This document shows, piece by piece, positions 31,411 to 42,809 of a stretch of 64,000 bases of DNA. How positions within the stretch are numbered: the first letter of the stretch is position 1; each line of letters opens with the position of its first letter. A model generated the notes under the pieces. That model did no database searches and was not told the origin of the DNA. It was given only the letters and a program-made list of their open reading frames with translations. The position numbers and the translations under genes are program-made. Location: positions 186,001 through 250,000 of the IMG/VR virus record IMGVR_UViG_3300027816_000051; one strand, written 5' to 3'.

Positions 31411-31887
31411 CTAAATCCCCCCTGTGAATATGGGGTTTGGTCTGAACTCCAATTTGTACTTTGGGTTGTAACTACCACCCGAACAATTGCTACATGAATA
31501 AGACCTACTTCTTAAACGATGGGCTTTGGATACCTTACCACAACCAACACATGTTGCAATATATTTTGCTTCGGGTGTTTCAACTACTTTACTACTATAA
31601 CAACGATGTCCATCACAACCTATTTCAATCGCTTTCGACCTCCATACATGGTTATGTTTTTGACCAGGACAAAGTGCGTGTGCAATCTCATGTAGAATAG
31701 TATTCTTTACATGACTTTCATCATTAAGTAATGTCAATACTTTGGATAGTGTAATTTGTTTAGGTCTGTATTTACAACACCCAAACCTACTTTTTGCATT
31801 GTCATACGCAAATGTCCACCCCTTAACATCTAACTTGTGTTTGTGAATTAACTTCTCTGCTAACCGTTGTGCTTTAATTAAGTCCAT
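31411..31887 (-). CDS. SprT-like zinc metalloprotease
   Basis: FGCC, ILHEIAHAL, HNHVW, C-terminal CxxC pairs. Confidence 0.85.
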   Translation of the reverse strand: MDLIKAQRLAEKLIHKHKLDVKGWTFAYDNAKSRFGCCKYRPKQITLSKVLTLLNDESHVKNTILHEIAHALCPGQKHNHVWRSKAIEIGCDGHRCYSSKVVETPEAKYIATCVGCGKVSKAHRLRSRSYSCSNCSGGSYNPKYKLEFRPNPIFTGGI

Positions 31888-31908
31888 GTTGTTTTATTTT
31901 AGGCCAAA

Positions 31909-32298
31909 CTAAATTTCACCTTCACCTGTCGTGATGTACACTCCGTAATCGATGGTGTGCAATTGTGGTACTCCATCATTGTCCATGATGTGACCATCGA
32001 ATAACCAGTTGGGTTGAACTCGTGGATTGTATCGAACCCTACGACTTTCATCCTTGTATGGTTGACCTGTGTAAATCTTGATGTCCTTACAAAGTATCCA
32101 CGCACATACTGTTTTATTACCACCATCGAAAATCTTCTGTGCTGTTTTCCTGTGGTTCTTAAATGTGCAACCTGTCATGACCAACTGATTATCTGTTGGA
32201 CTGTAATACAATACACTACCATCAGGGTGTTGTACTTTCCACTTCATGTAGTTCTTACCTCTACCGAGATTGAACCTTACTTTAATACTTTTACTCAT
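31909..32298 (-). CDS. Hypothetical protein
   Basis: Own promoter; KTVCAW, YNP; TAG stop inside the motif. Confidence 0.65.
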   Translation of the reverse strand: MSKSIKVRFNLGRGKNYMKWKVQHPDGSVLYYSPTDNQLVMTGCTFKNHRKTAQKIFDGGNKTVCAWILCKDIKIYTGQPYKDESRRVRYNPRVQPNWLFDGHIMDNDGVPQLHTIDYGVYITTGEGEI

Positions 32299-32316
32299 CT
32301 TGATTGGTTTATAATA

Positions 32317-32348
32317 CAAATATAATACTAATTCTTTTATATTCCAAA
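32317..32348 (-). promoter_or_regulatory. Bacteroidota promoter, representative of about 28 similar ones between 27.5 and 49.6 kb
   Basis: TTTG-N20-TATATTTG on the - strand; similar elements near 30210, 30598, 31355, 33016, 34062, 37123, 40360, 42755, 44112, 46549, 46856. Confidence 0.88.
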
Positions 32349-32392
32349 TGTTTTTTTGCCAAACAAAAATCCCCCTGTGACGGGGGACCTTT

Positions 32393-32995
32393 TTATTCTT
32401 TCAAATCAAAAATCAATTCGGTGTAATTCATCATCCCATTGGTTACGAGTGGACTATCTTTTTCTACCGAGATAACATCTCTTGCCCACGAACCAACAAT
32501 CTCATTTTCATCATCACCTCTAAAATCTCCCCCACCCATTCCGTTACCTTCACTAGTTAATAGTGGTAAAGGGTGAATTTTTACACCATCCCATCCTTGA
32601 ATTTCGGGAACTTTGTTTTTATCCACGAACATTTTTTTGGTGTGGTTTACAATGTAGGGGTATTCATCCGTTGATGACACTTTGGGTTTGATTTGGTTTT
32701 CATCATTACAAAGTGAATACAAATTTGCATCGTACTCCTTCCCTTCCGAAATGACTTTTACACCTGGTTCTTCTCCTGCGTAATCACCCGCCCACACTAC
32801 ACGACTTTTGTAATGTTCACCTCTACGGGTTAATTGTTTTTCAAAAGTTGAAACGAAGTTGTTCCCTTGATAGGAATGCTCCATCAGTTTGAGTCCGTTG
32901 TCGTACTCGTGTGAATACATCCACGCTTTAACTGTTTCGTGTTCACCCTCTTTTGGGGTGTTACCTAAAATGATTGGTTTATAATATTGTCCCAT
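32393..32995 (-). CDS. Conserved phage hypothetical protein (MGQYY family)
   Basis: GLKLMEHS, WAGDYA, IHPLPLLT..GNG.GGGD, GSWARD. Confidence 0.7.
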   Translation of the reverse strand: MGQYYKPIILGNTPKEGEHETVKAWMYSHEYDNGLKLMEHSYQGNNFVSTFEKQLTRRGEHYKSRVVWAGDYAGEEPGVKVISEGKEYDANLYSLCNDENQIKPKVSSTDEYPYIVNHTKKMFVDKNKVPEIQGWDGVKIHPLPLLTSEGNGMGGGDFRGDDENEIVGSWARDVISVEKDSPLVTNGMMNYTELIFDLKE

Positions 32996-33270
32996 TGTTA
33001 TGTTGTTTTATGATACAAATATAATACTGTTATTATTATATTCCAAATAATTTTTTATCTTTTTTATTGTTTTCTTGCCAACCAAGTTTTTGGATTAACC
33101 AGGGTCACCAGCAAAATGACCAGTAAAACTGGCTGTTGCAACCAGTCTGAAGCCAGGTGATTTTGGTTGGCACAACTTAAAGTGTTGATTTTATTAGGAT
33201 TACAGAATGCCAAACAAAATTCCGATGACCAGCATCATGCGCGCAACATCTTCAAGCAATAAAAAACCCC

Positions 33271-34041
33271 TCATTGTGAGGGGTCTACTATAAACTTACT
33301 ATCTTTTTGAGGTCGTTTTCGTGTGACTTTATATTTTAATCCCACAATAATGTCGTTCTCATCTCGATATCTCATATCATATAAGTCACCATCGATAACT
33401 TTTCTACCCCAAAACTTTTTGGGTATTTCTTTTTTGAAAACAACGGCAACTCGTATACCATTGTTCAACATACTAATACAATCTGAAAAGTTTGTACCAC
33501 TAAATGAAAATGTTAAGTCGTAGTTCTTATACTTCTTAACTAACTCCATTCGTTTACCCACTTTGCTGTAGTCGTAAAACATAACATTAGGAAACAATTG
33601 CAAAATGTTTTTTCTTTTACCATCTATCTCCATATGAAAAGATTCGGGTGAAATGTCTGAAGTGTTATTTAAACGAACACTAAAGTGATAACCTTGTTTT
33701 TCTGCCTTCTTTTTTGCCGCCTCAATTTCTGCAACCATCCATTGCATGAAATACTGGCGATGTTCGAAAAACAATTTTGTTTTTTTAATTCTACTCTCAG
33801 TAATCATGTCATCTCTCATGTTCATTCGATTCATACCAGATTCGTTTAAACATAGTGCAGTACACTCCGCGTTTCTCATTGGGCAAACTTCGTAACCACT
33901 TAAGTCCGCGGGTGCGAGGTAAAGACTGTAGGTTAATTCATCATACTTGTACGCCTTAGCGTGTTTTGATGTCAGGTTAACTGAACCTAAATAATTGATT
34001 CCAGTTTCCTTTCTGGCTTGGGTTTTATTTCTGTACTCCAT
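33271..34041 (-). CDS. Gp88-like phage protein
   Basis: LYLAP, CP..C...CL, RLNNTSDI, FYDYSK, NYDLTFSFS, DGDLYDMR. Confidence 0.75.
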   Translation of the reverse strand: MEYRNKTQARKETGINYLGSVNLTSKHAKAYKYDELTYSLYLAPADLSGYEVCPMRNAECTALCLNESGMNRMNMRDDMITESRIKKTKLFFEHRQYFMQWMVAEIEAAKKKAEKQGYHFSVRLNNTSDISPESFHMEIDGKRKNILQLFPNVMFYDYSKVGKRMELVKKYKNYDLTFSFSGTNFSDCISMLNNGIRVAVVFKKEIPKKFWGRKVIDGDLYDMRYRDENDIIVGLKYKVTRKRPQKDSKFIVDPSQ

Positions 34042-34272
34042 ATAATATTGGTTTAACAATACAAATATAAAACGAATTCTTTTATATTCCAAATTTATTT
34101 TTATTTTTTTTCTTCAGGAGGGACCTGTTCTTCCCAGGGCGATATTGTTTGGCGGGCGCCAAACTAATTTAATAGACGAACTGTGCAGCTCCTCCGCACA
34201 CATTCGAGCAATAAAAAACCCCCACATTTCTGTGAGGGTTTTTCGAACCGAACATTAAATCAATATACTAAA

Positions 34273-34650
34273 CTAAAGAACCCCTTCTATTGAATGTCCC
34301 TTTTTGGTGAGGTTTTTACCTTTACGTTCATAGTTGTTGTAGCCAACCAAAAACAAATCGTCTTTGGTCCCTAACACCATCGAACCTTCAAGTTTCATTC
34401 CACCATAAGTTACTTTCAGCTTACGCATAAAATCATTGAAAGAACGCTCAAGCTGTACACCAATCTTATCGGTAGGAGGAACTGGTGCATTTTCAATGTG
34501 ATAACGAGTACCAACACGAGAAAATTTAATTCCCACCATTTCCTTTTTCTCAAAGTTTGGTAAACTCTCATTAAGGCATTCACGAATTTCGTGCAAAGAC
34601 TTCTTCAGAGAATTAGCCGTAGTCTTTCTTGGTTTTTTTATCATATTCAA
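34273..34650 (-). CDS. Basic hypothetical protein
   Basis: Cassette with own promoter and terminator. Confidence 0.55.
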   Translation of the reverse strand: MNMIKKPRKTTANSLKKSLHEIRECLNESLPNFEKKEMVGIKFSRVGTRYHIENAPVPPTDKIGVQLERSFNDFMRKLKVTYGGMKLEGSMVLGTKDDLFLVGYNNYERKGKNLTKKGHSIEGVL

Positions 34651-34899
34651 GTTTTTGAATTACAGTACAAAAGTAATAAGAATATTTTCGATAAACAACA
34701 AATATTTTCACTTTGTTCAACTTTTTTGTCAAAACCTTATACAAAAAGTGTCTTTTTTATTGGATTACAAACATTTGTGTGTTGAAAACTCCGCCAAACA
34801 AAATCTGGAGTCGTCTTCAGGATGTTACATCTTGTGAAATTTTGAGCAAAAAAAAGGGGTAACCTTTCGGTCACCCCAATCACTAACCCTAATCCAAAG

Positions 34900-35655
34900 T
34901 TAGAAACGAAGGTTCAACTTGTCCTCATTACGACGCTTGTAGTTGTAAATGTCTTCAATCATTTCCGCGTATGATTTTTTATCACCACACATATAGATTG
35001 AACTTGGACGAAGTTTTACTTTATGTAAAAATTCTTCAAACTTAAAATCGGGTTTCTTTTCCATAATGGTAAGAATAGTACGAACAAATACCGATTTGTT
35101 GTAACCCTTTTCAAAGTAAGGTTTCAGTTGGAGTAGGTTATTCGCCCATTCTTTGGCGGTTTCCATATTACCAACAACAAACTTACCATCCGCAAAATCT
35201 TGTTTGTCACAATGACGAGTACCAGAATTTTGTAGTAACATAATTCTTTCGGTCAAAGAAAACATCGGAAACTCTTTTGAAAAATCTTCCAAAGTTTTGT
35301 AAGATTTGTTTCCTTGTTCGGAAAAACCATGAATGTAATCTTTCTTACCCCACTCTTTCATGTTCTGGTTGAACTTACGTGCGGCTTCAAAGATACCTTT
35401 CGTGGTGTTGGGGATTGAGTTGTCTACAATAAAGTAGATACCTTTACCCGCTTCTTTTGCTGCGGTTAGTCGGTGTTGTCCGTCTACAACCACATACTGG
35501 GAGTTTACAATGATTGGAACGAGTTTTAATCCGTCCTTCTTCATCGAGTCTGTAATACGCTTAACGCGTGGAGAGTCTACCTCACGATTTACATTGTGAA
35601 GTTTGAACATACCCAAATTTTGGGTGAACTTTACTTGAACATTTTTTGTACTCAT
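34900..35655 (-). CDS. ParB-N/Srx domain protein
   Basis: NREVD, PIIVN, VVDGQHRLTA. Confidence 0.8.
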   Translation of the reverse strand: MSTKNVQVKFTQNLGMFKLHNVNREVDSPRVKRITDSMKKDGLKLVPIIVNSQYVVVDGQHRLTAAKEAGKGIYFIVDNSIPNTTKGIFEAARKFNQNMKEWGKKDYIHGFSEQGNKSYKTLEDFSKEFPMFSLTERIMLLQNSGTRHCDKQDFADGKFVVGNMETAKEWANNLLQLKPYFEKGYNKSVFVRTILTIMEKKPDFKFEEFLHKVKLRPSSIYMCGDKKSYAEMIEDIYNYKRRNEDKLNLRF

Positions 35656-36028
35656 TTTCGTTTCTAATTTTAGATTAAAGATTTAATGTGGGTACAAAGA
35701 TATAATAGTTTTTCTTTTTTTCCAAATTTTTTTTAAAGTTTTTTCAAAAAAGTTTTTCCACATACATCTTTGACTTTGTGTATGACAAACATACTAAAAC
35801 TTTTAAGGATATTCACCAAGAATACTAGTATTTCTTGCCAAACAAAATCGTCCAGCCGTCGTCCAGTTTTCCCCCTGGCGTATGTTAAAACGAAGATTTT
35901 CAGTATTTTAGAAACAAAAAAAGGGATTCCGAAGAACCCCTTTAGTGTGTCAAACCAAACACAAATTACAACTATGAAATGTAATCCAATAAAAAGTTAC
36001 ACATCATATTTTACATTGTCAAGTGTTT

Positions 36029-37102
36029 TTAGATTACAGGTAATACATCAAGTTCTTTACCTTTTTCTTGGTAGAACAAACTTCCACCATCATTTCCCTC
36101 ATCATCCATAGAAGGAATACATAGTGTTCCGTTGTCCAACTCAATACAAATTGGTCTCTTGTACCAACCCATAAGTTCCATTTCCTCATCGGTAAGATAA
36201 CGAACTGATTTGATAACTCGTCCCTTTAGGACTTTCTCACTTTGATTTACCCAATGGGTAGTTATTTCTTGATTTGTCATACGAATGGTTTTTTACAAAG
36301 GTATAAAGATTATTTCTTTTTACAAGTTATTTTTGCCAATCAATATTCACTGTTCACCATGTCTTCGGGTATCTTTCCAAAATATCTTGGGGATAGAGAA
36401 CACCATTACCATTAAGTAATACATCCTCCCACCAACGAATACCAATTTGTAAACGGGGTACTGCGAATTTTGGAATGTCATCTTGATGGACTCTAAAGAA
36501 CACATCGTTTCTTCCACCCGTTTCAGGTTCGCCTGGTGTAGGTAGTGTTTCTACTTCCTCACAATATTTTGCACGAACACCGAATTCTTGTTTTAACCAC
36601 TTTTCGAATTCCTTAATGTTGGACTTACCGATAAGAGTTGCGGGCCAAACACAAACTTGACTGAAATTTTTCATGTTACAAATAATTTAATTGACAATAA
36701 TCCTCAAGGTCAACTAATGGTATGCGACCATATTTTACGGAAGAATAATACCCTTGAGTTTCGTACCCTTTCTTCCATTGTTCGAACGCCTTACACGCCG
36801 CTCTGTGCGACTTGTAGTAAGGTACATCCCTTTCGAGTGTGAACCCATCAGGGGATAAAATTTGAATTTTCTGTGCCATATGATTAACGATAAAGAGTTA
36901 CATAGTCACCGAAATACTTTTCAATCACGCCAATCAAATTCTCATAATCCCCACTCATCATCTCCTCTTGAATTTTCTTGGAGTCCAAACCGAGTTGTTT
37001 CGCCCATTTTGAGGCGAGACCAATAAGAACGAACGCGTTCCCATCAGGTCCTGTGAGGTCAATCTCAATACCTCCTTGTTTTTCATCAATAGATTTTATC
37101 AT
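36029..37102 (-). other. Four small hypothetical genes (36029-36280, 36354-36674, 36676-36879, 36884-37102)
   Basis: Co-oriented ORFs with promoters; motifs SMDDEGNDGG, GGRND and LTGPDGNAF. Confidence 0.6.
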
Positions 37103-37244
37103 TGTCTTGTCGTTTTATAATACAAATATAAATCAGTAATTAATATAATCCAAATATTTTTTTATTTTTCTTGCCAATCTAATTTCCGTCCTGAACCGTG
37201 ACTCAGAGTCCTGAGAAATAAAAAAACCCCTTTCGGGGTTTCTC

Positions 37245-37652
37245 TTACGAGGTGTACTTGTTATAGAACACTTCCATTCGTTCCATTACCACATCTAAAC
37301 TCCAACCACTTGTGTCTTGGTCGTTCCAATGAAAGTAACCCATTTGAAATTTCTCAACACAATTAGGTATTGATTTATCGTGTACGAACTCGGGGCAACC
37401 ACCATCAACAAAATCATCTTGGTAGTTACCACGATACTCAATTACGATATCCTTACCATTGAACTTTTTGGTGTAAGTTACTTTTTGAGTATACTTTTTG
37501 GTTTGAACTTTACCCTTTCGTGTCCAACCATGTTCGGACATAAAAACATCCATTTGTTGGTTAACACTTTCTTTTATCTTAGAAAGTTCATTCTCTTTTT
37601 CCTCTTTTTGTTTTTTCAAGAAGGAATAATAATCTTTAATTGTCGTGTACAT
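37245..37652 (-). CDS. Hypothetical protein
   Basis: Cassette with promoter and terminator (aaacccc-tttc-ggggttt). Confidence 0.6.
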   Translation of the reverse strand: MYTTIKDYYSFLKKQKEEKENELSKIKESVNQQMDVFMSEHGWTRKGKVQTKKYTQKVTYTKKFNGKDIVIEYRGNYQDDFVDGGCPEFVHDKSIPNCVEKFQMGYFHWNDQDTSGWSLDVVMERMEVFYNKYTS

Positions 37653-37977
37653 ATGTTTATTAATTTAACACCACAAATATAAAAGTATATAGAATATAAT
37701 CCAATAATTTTTTTATTTTTTTTGCCAAACAATTTGGTGGATTCCAGGTCCCCGCAGCAGGAAACCAGTAAAACCAGAAGCAATGACTAGAAAAAACCAG
37801 TTGTGCAACAGCAGCAACCAGCCCTTGATTTTGGTTGGCGAACCCAAACCATTGATTTTATTGGGTTTACAGAATGCCAAACAAAATCACGAACAGCAGC
37901 GCAACCAGCAGCAACTTCGGAGCAATAAAAAACCCCCACCTTTTGAGTGAGGGTTTTAACCAATAAAAATGAAACAA

Positions 37978-38667
37978 CTAACTCTCTGCGACCAATAGTT
38001 TTCGGTATTCTTTTTCGGTCAAGTGTCTAACCGAACCACTTTCACACTTCTTTTTCTTCTTAATAAGAACACAATCACCTTGCCGAACAATTTTCTCAAT
38101 TCCACCTTCTTTAATGTCTGTTTGAATTGTCCACGCGATTGCTTGAATAGGGGTAATCTTTTCACCAAAGTTCTCACTACTACTCAACCATTTGTCTTTG
38201 TTGTTAGTACGATAAACACTTTGTGCGTCCACCCAAATAAAATACTCCCTATCAGTTGAGGTGTCCTTACACTTTACAAAGTGAACATTATCTGGTCTAC
38301 GCCAACCAAATTCTGCACCTTCACCCCAAACATTTCCTTTTACTTCATAAAGTTCGTAGGTGTCCTCAAAGTTTTTCTTAATGAGTTCACCATTCTCACC
38401 AACCCAAAATGTTTCTTTTGAAATCGTTTCGGACTTAATAAGTGTGGGGTTCACTTCTTTGTAAATGTTTTCCAAACCCAAACAACCTACGGCGATACGC
38501 CTCTGTTCAATGTTTTGAATTTCGGTTGTAATTTCTTTGAAAGTAATAGGAACAATATCTTCCCAAATATCTTCCAAACCATTAAAGGGTGTATTACGAT
38601 ATTTTGTTTTTAATAAACGACAACCAATGTTGTAGTCAAAACGAGTGTTTTCAATTATGATTTTCAT
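37978..38667 (-). CDS. DUF6745-like protein
   Basis: NIEQRR, YELY, VKCKDTSTDREY, AIAWT. Confidence 0.5.
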   Translation of the reverse strand: MKIIIENTRFDYNIGCRLLKTKYRNTPFNGLEDIWEDIVPITFKEITTEIQNIEQRRIAVGCLGLENIYKEVNPTLIKSETISKETFWVGENGELIKKNFEDTYELYEVKGNVWGEGAEFGWRRPDNVHFVKCKDTSTDREYFIWVDAQSVYRTNNKDKWLSSSENFGEKITPIQAIAWTIQTDIKEGGIEKIVRQGDCVLIKKKKKCESGSVRHLTEKEYRKLLVAES

Positions 38668-38687
38668 TTCTTTTACTTTTTAATTGT

Positions 38688-39341
38688 TTACATATCACTT
38701 TCAGTCAATACCAAAAATTGTCTTGTTAGTGAAACGAATAATGTGTTATCTACAATTTTAGGTAATACATCACTATCCACTTCTTCTGTGTTGAATTGAA
38801 ACCAATCCTCTTGTTCGCCGTCTGCGTTTTCAAATTCGTGGTTCTCAACAACATCAGTAATCTTTTCCAATAATGTATCAGAAATCTGTTCTTCCTCATC
38901 ATTGAGAATACAATCACCTTTGTAGTTAATTGAACTTCCGTCTTGACTGCCAACCAAATTAAGGACTTTGGTTCTAATAAACTCAACCTCTTTTTCTGTG
39001 AGTTCAACAACAACTTCTTCTGTAAAACTCTCTGACCATTCCGCCTGTGCAGATTTGTAATACGAGAAAGTGGGGTTTTCCTCATCATCTTCATCAAGTG
39101 TAATCTCAACACTTCCAAATTCACCAATGTAGTGTCCGTCAGAGTTCACATAAAATTCTACTCTACGGAAAACATCATCATCAAAGAAACTATCAAGTTC
39201 ACCACTCTCAACATCTTTGTTTTCTGAATTGTAAAAATTAAAGTGATAATCATTCATACTATCACCACCACAACTAAATTCCATAGTTGCGCTTGTAATA
39301 CCTAACTCTTTCCAGAGTGCGATTGCTTCATTAGTTTGCAT
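38688..39341 (-). CDS. Acidic protein, DUF6878-like
   Basis: GITSATMEFSCGGDS N-terminus. Confidence 0.5.
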   Translation of the reverse strand: MQTNEAIALWKELGITSATMEFSCGGDSMNDYHFNFYNSENKDVESGELDSFFDDDVFRRVEFYVNSDGHYIGEFGSVEITLDEDDEENPTFSYYKSAQAEWSESFTEEVVVELTEKEVEFIRTKVLNLVGSQDGSSINYKGDCILNDEEEQISDTLLEKITDVVENHEFENADGEQEDWFQFNTEEVDSDVLPKIVDNTLFVSLTRQFLVLTESDM

Positions 39342-39735
39342 ATTCGTGGATTTTTTGGTTTAATTGTTTAACTACTTCGTACGCTTCGGGGTTGTCTAAA
39401 TCTTTTACCCCATTACACATCCAGGGTTGAACCTCTAAATGTTTAAGGTAATCTTGTGGGGTTGGAACGAACTTCATTCTAAAATCTTCTGCGATATGTA
39501 ACATCGCAATATCAACAACATCAACTGACTTACCATCACTATTAGTAATGTTGTAACCGAAGATTTTTGGAATGATAGTGTATGCGAACCAAGTGTTGTG
39601 GGTGAGTAACCGAGAACTATTATTGTTCATTGTCGCTTTCGGACTATCAATAAGTTCGTGGATAGGTAAATAATCTTCTACCTTACCACCCCAACGCTTG
39701 ACGCTGCTCTTTGAGTGAATTAGTGGGTTCGCCAT
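39331..39735 (-). CDS. DUF6915-like protein
   Basis: MANPLIHSKSSVKRWGGKVEDYLPIH..DS, HIAED, VPTPQD. Confidence 0.65.
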   Translation of the reverse strand: MANPLIHSKSSVKRWGGKVEDYLPIHELIDSPKATMNNNSSRLLTHNTWFAYTIIPKIFGYNITNSDGKSVDVVDIAMLHIAEDFRMKFVPTPQDYLKHLEVQPWMCNGVKDLDNPEAYEVVKQLNQKIHEYAN

Positions 39736-39737
39736 AG

Positions 39738-40016
39738 TTAATCCCAAATTTGAGTGATAGTACCTTCAAACGGATTGTACTCAACTTGTTTTCCCATAAC
39801 CCAATCACCTTGCTCAACTTTGAGTGGTTTGTGTTCGTTTGAGAAACTTCCATCGGGTTGTTCGTGTCTTAATACACTATCCTTTCTAACTTCAACTTCT
39901 GCGAAATCTGTTTGTGTTTCATCAACAATGAAATCACCATACAGAGTGTGCTGGTTAACACCCTCACCCTTTAAGAGTGTGTGTTTTTTCTTCGGAGTTA
40001 CTTTCTTGTTTTTCAT
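39738..40016 (-). CDS. Small His-containing conserved protein
   Basis: GEGVNQH, LRHE, EH, QVEYNP. Confidence 0.55.
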   Translation of the reverse strand: MKNKKVTPKKKHTLLKGEGVNQHTLYGDFIVDETQTDFAEVEVRKDSVLRHEQPDGSFSNEHKPLKVEQGDWVMGKQVEYNPFEGTITQIWD

Positions 40017-40776
40017 TTTTAGATTGTTTTATGGTACAAATATAAATCTATTTTTTGTATAAGTGAATTTTTTTTTTATTTTTTTCGCCAAACAAAAATC
40101 ACCCGTGAAGGTGATTTCGTCATTCGTTTCGTACAATATCTAATAGGTCATTCACAATTTCTTTTTTGGTTAATGAAAGAAGTTGATTACCTCTGAACGA
40201 CAACAACTTAAAGGTATTCATTCCTTTAATACCTTTTTCACCCTCTACATAGTAATCCATTTTCCACTTACCCAAATACTTAACATTCCCTATGTGTTTT
40301 ACATAGTAGACATTACCGATAGTTAGTTTTTCTAAAACCATATAAATTAATTTAGAACACAAATATAAATCTATATTTTGTATAATCCAAATTTATTTTT
40401 ATATTTCTTGCCAAACAAAAGTTATCCTGTGCTGCATCATCACCATCTTGGATACTTATTATTATGATAGAAGGGATACTTTATACATTAGGAGTTGAGT
40501 TCGTATTAGTCATTATATTGTTTTGTTATGAGTTAAGAAGACAACTAAAAGAAGATTATCAAGAGAAACCATTTAGATTCTGGGAAGATACATGAACATC
40601 TCCTGGTTGCGCGCAGCCCTCGATTTTGGTTGGCTCGAACCCAAAGTATTGATTTTATTGGGTTTAGAGTTTGCCAAACAATTTTCACTGTTTGCGCGTA
40701 GCTCACCATCAACTTTGGAGCAATAAAAAACCCCACATTTCTGTGGGGTTCTTATTAATTGAGTACCTAACCAATC

Positions 40777-41631
40777 TTAAACCAACTCAACCAATTCTTT
40801 GAAAATTTGACGTTCCCTTTGTCCATAGGTTCCAAACATCTTGTTTTCAGAGTTATCACCTTTACTTAAGGAATGTGTGGTGTACTTAGTAACCCCACTG
40901 AACAATCCCCAAAGGTTATCACCTTTCTCTTTTACTTCACCATTAAGGTCTACGTAGAAACGAGAAAGACGATTACGAGTCACGGTCGACACATCTTTGT
41001 CACTATTCAAATCAACATCTTTCATGATATTGAACAATGTACGTGTAACCCAATCCTCTTGTTTCTTGGTCATCTTCGTTTCAGAAAGTTTCTTAATGTC
41101 TTCGAACATTTCTTTTTCTTCCACGAGTACCCCCTCCAAACCACGACAGATATCATCGATTCTCATCTCCATGTTTTTGGTGTGACGAATTTTCGCATTC
41201 AAGTTACGGAACGCTGCGAAGAATGAATTCTGACAACTGATTGTAATATTACTTGGACCGAATGCCAAACTAGTTGACCCATCGAAGGAATTCACACCAG
41301 TGATGAAACCCTCAACTCTGTCATTGCCCAATTTCAAATCATTTGATTTCAATTGAAGGTATACTTTCTCACCCCCACCAAAGTAACCACCTTTGTGAAT
41401 TGGTAAACCAACCTGTTGAGATACCTTGTCTAGTAAATCAACCATCTGATGATTTTGATAAGGAAAGTAACCATCACCATGTACAGACAAAACAGTGTTT
41501 GTGTCCTCACGGATGATTGCTTTACTCTTAGGAACAATGATACCACTTTCTGTAGTGATACTTTCTTCTCTTACGGTCCAATTTAGGCCGACTTTGTTGA
41601 GAACTTGCTGTGTGCGATTTTCTTGTGACAT
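40777..41631 (-). CDS. DUF932/DUF945 family protein
   Basis: GLNWTV, YQN, NSFDGS, CQN, IRHT, LWGLFSGVTKYTTH. Confidence 0.8.
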   Translation of the reverse strand: MSQENRTQQVLNKVGLNWTVREESITTESGIIVPKSKAIIREDTNTVLSVHGDGYFPYQNHQMVDLLDKVSQQVGLPIHKGGYFGGGEKVYLQLKSNDLKLGNDRVEGFITGVNSFDGSTSLAFGPSNITISCQNSFFAAFRNLNAKIRHTKNMEMRIDDICRGLEGVLVEEKEMFEDIKKLSETKMTKKQEDWVTRTLFNIMKDVDLNSDKDVSTVTRNRLSRFYVDLNGEVKEKGDNLWGLFSGVTKYTTHSLSKGDNSENKMFGTYGQRERQIFKELVELV

Positions 41632-42035
41632 ATGGATGTTTTTTAATTTGATACAAATGTAATACACTTTTCATTATAATCCAAATAAATCTTTATTTTT
41701 TTTTTCTGACCCCAGAATTCACCGTACCATCTCAGAAATTGGTTGGCATCTGTCATACACCCGCCAAACTAAATTGAACACGGGATTTGCCGGCGACGAA
41801 TTTTTTTAGCAAACAAAAAACCCCCACATTTCTGTGAGGGTTCCTTAACCAAATAAAACTAATCTATGAACGACAAATCAAGTGTATTACACTTTAACCA
41901 AATATAGGAATTAAAACAAACATTGTCAATAGGAAAAACATAAGTATTACAATGCCACCCAAAATTCCATCCCAAAATTCCTTTCGGTCTTCTTGGTAAA
42001 CTTCTTTGAAAGTTGAAAACATTTCCTTTAACATA

Positions 42036-42395
42036 TCAATAATTGTTTTGATTATCGTAGTTGTCTCGGTAAACTCTTTTACGAGGTTGGTTGGTTCGTT
42101 GACCATTCCAATGGCGGTCTCCATTACCACCATTTTCGTAGTATGAGTTATTAATCATTTCATCAACCGATGGAACTTCAAAGTCCATATCACAACTTCC
42201 ATTCATCATCTTCCACTGAATTTCATAAATGGTTTTAATGTCTTCTTCAACATTGACATATGTACCATCTATGTATTCAATCTTCGTTGCTATCTTGTCG
42301 TTTCTTTTATCCAAGATACTAAAAATGTTTTTGACATTTTGTAGATTGACAAGTGTTGGGGTTCCTTTACCTTGATAAGTGAGTTTAATTAACAT
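42036..42395 (-). CDS. Hypothetical protein
   Basis: Own promoter; LVN..TKIEY..VNVEE pattern. Confidence 0.55.
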   Translation of the reverse strand: MLIKLTYQGKGTPTLVNLQNVKNIFSILDKRNDKIATKIEYIDGTYVNVEEDIKTIYEIQWKMMNGSCDMDFEVPSVDEMINNSYYENGGNGDRHWNGQRTNQPRKRVYRDNYDNQNNY

Positions 42396-42488
42396 TTTTT
42401 GTTTTTTTAATTATTGGACAAATATACAAATGAATTTTTGGAATATACAAACGATTGTGCCAATCAAAATCGGCGGTTCACCATCTCC

Positions 42489-42734
42489 TCAGATATTTCC
42501 CGAAAAGACAAGAAAATTGTTGGGTGGTAAATAAGTGTCGGGAGTGTCAATGATTTCATATTCATCTTCACCCTCAACTACACCAAGAGTCCTACCACTA
42601 TCCCAACGGACATTGATAACACCATGACCAACATGATAAATTGTTCCCATTGAACCTTCCTCAACGGGGTTAGGGTCGTTCTCCATTGAAACGAGACGAA
42701 TTCTTTTTCCGATTAATTTTTCGTTTATTTTCAT
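42489..42734 (-). CDS. DUF4314 family protein
   Basis: RIRLVSMENDPNPVEEGSMGTI..VRWDSGRTLG. Confidence 0.75.
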   Translation of the reverse strand: MKINEKLIGKRIRLVSMENDPNPVEEGSMGTIYHVGHGVINVRWDSGRTLGVVEGEDEYEIIDTPDTYLPPNNFLVFSGNI

Positions 42735-42809
42735 ATCTGTATTAGTTTATTAATACAAATATACAACTTATTTTATGATATCCAAATTTTTTTTAGGATA
42801 TTTTGCCAA

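Larger units (their letters stand above)
30205..31416. repeat. Three near-identical ~65-bp promoter+motif units (30205-30271, 30593-30659, 31353-31416)
   Basis: tacaaagatataacaatttttcttttataccaaattt.ttttcaactttgt.gccaa.ctaaat repeated three times. Confidence 0.9.
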
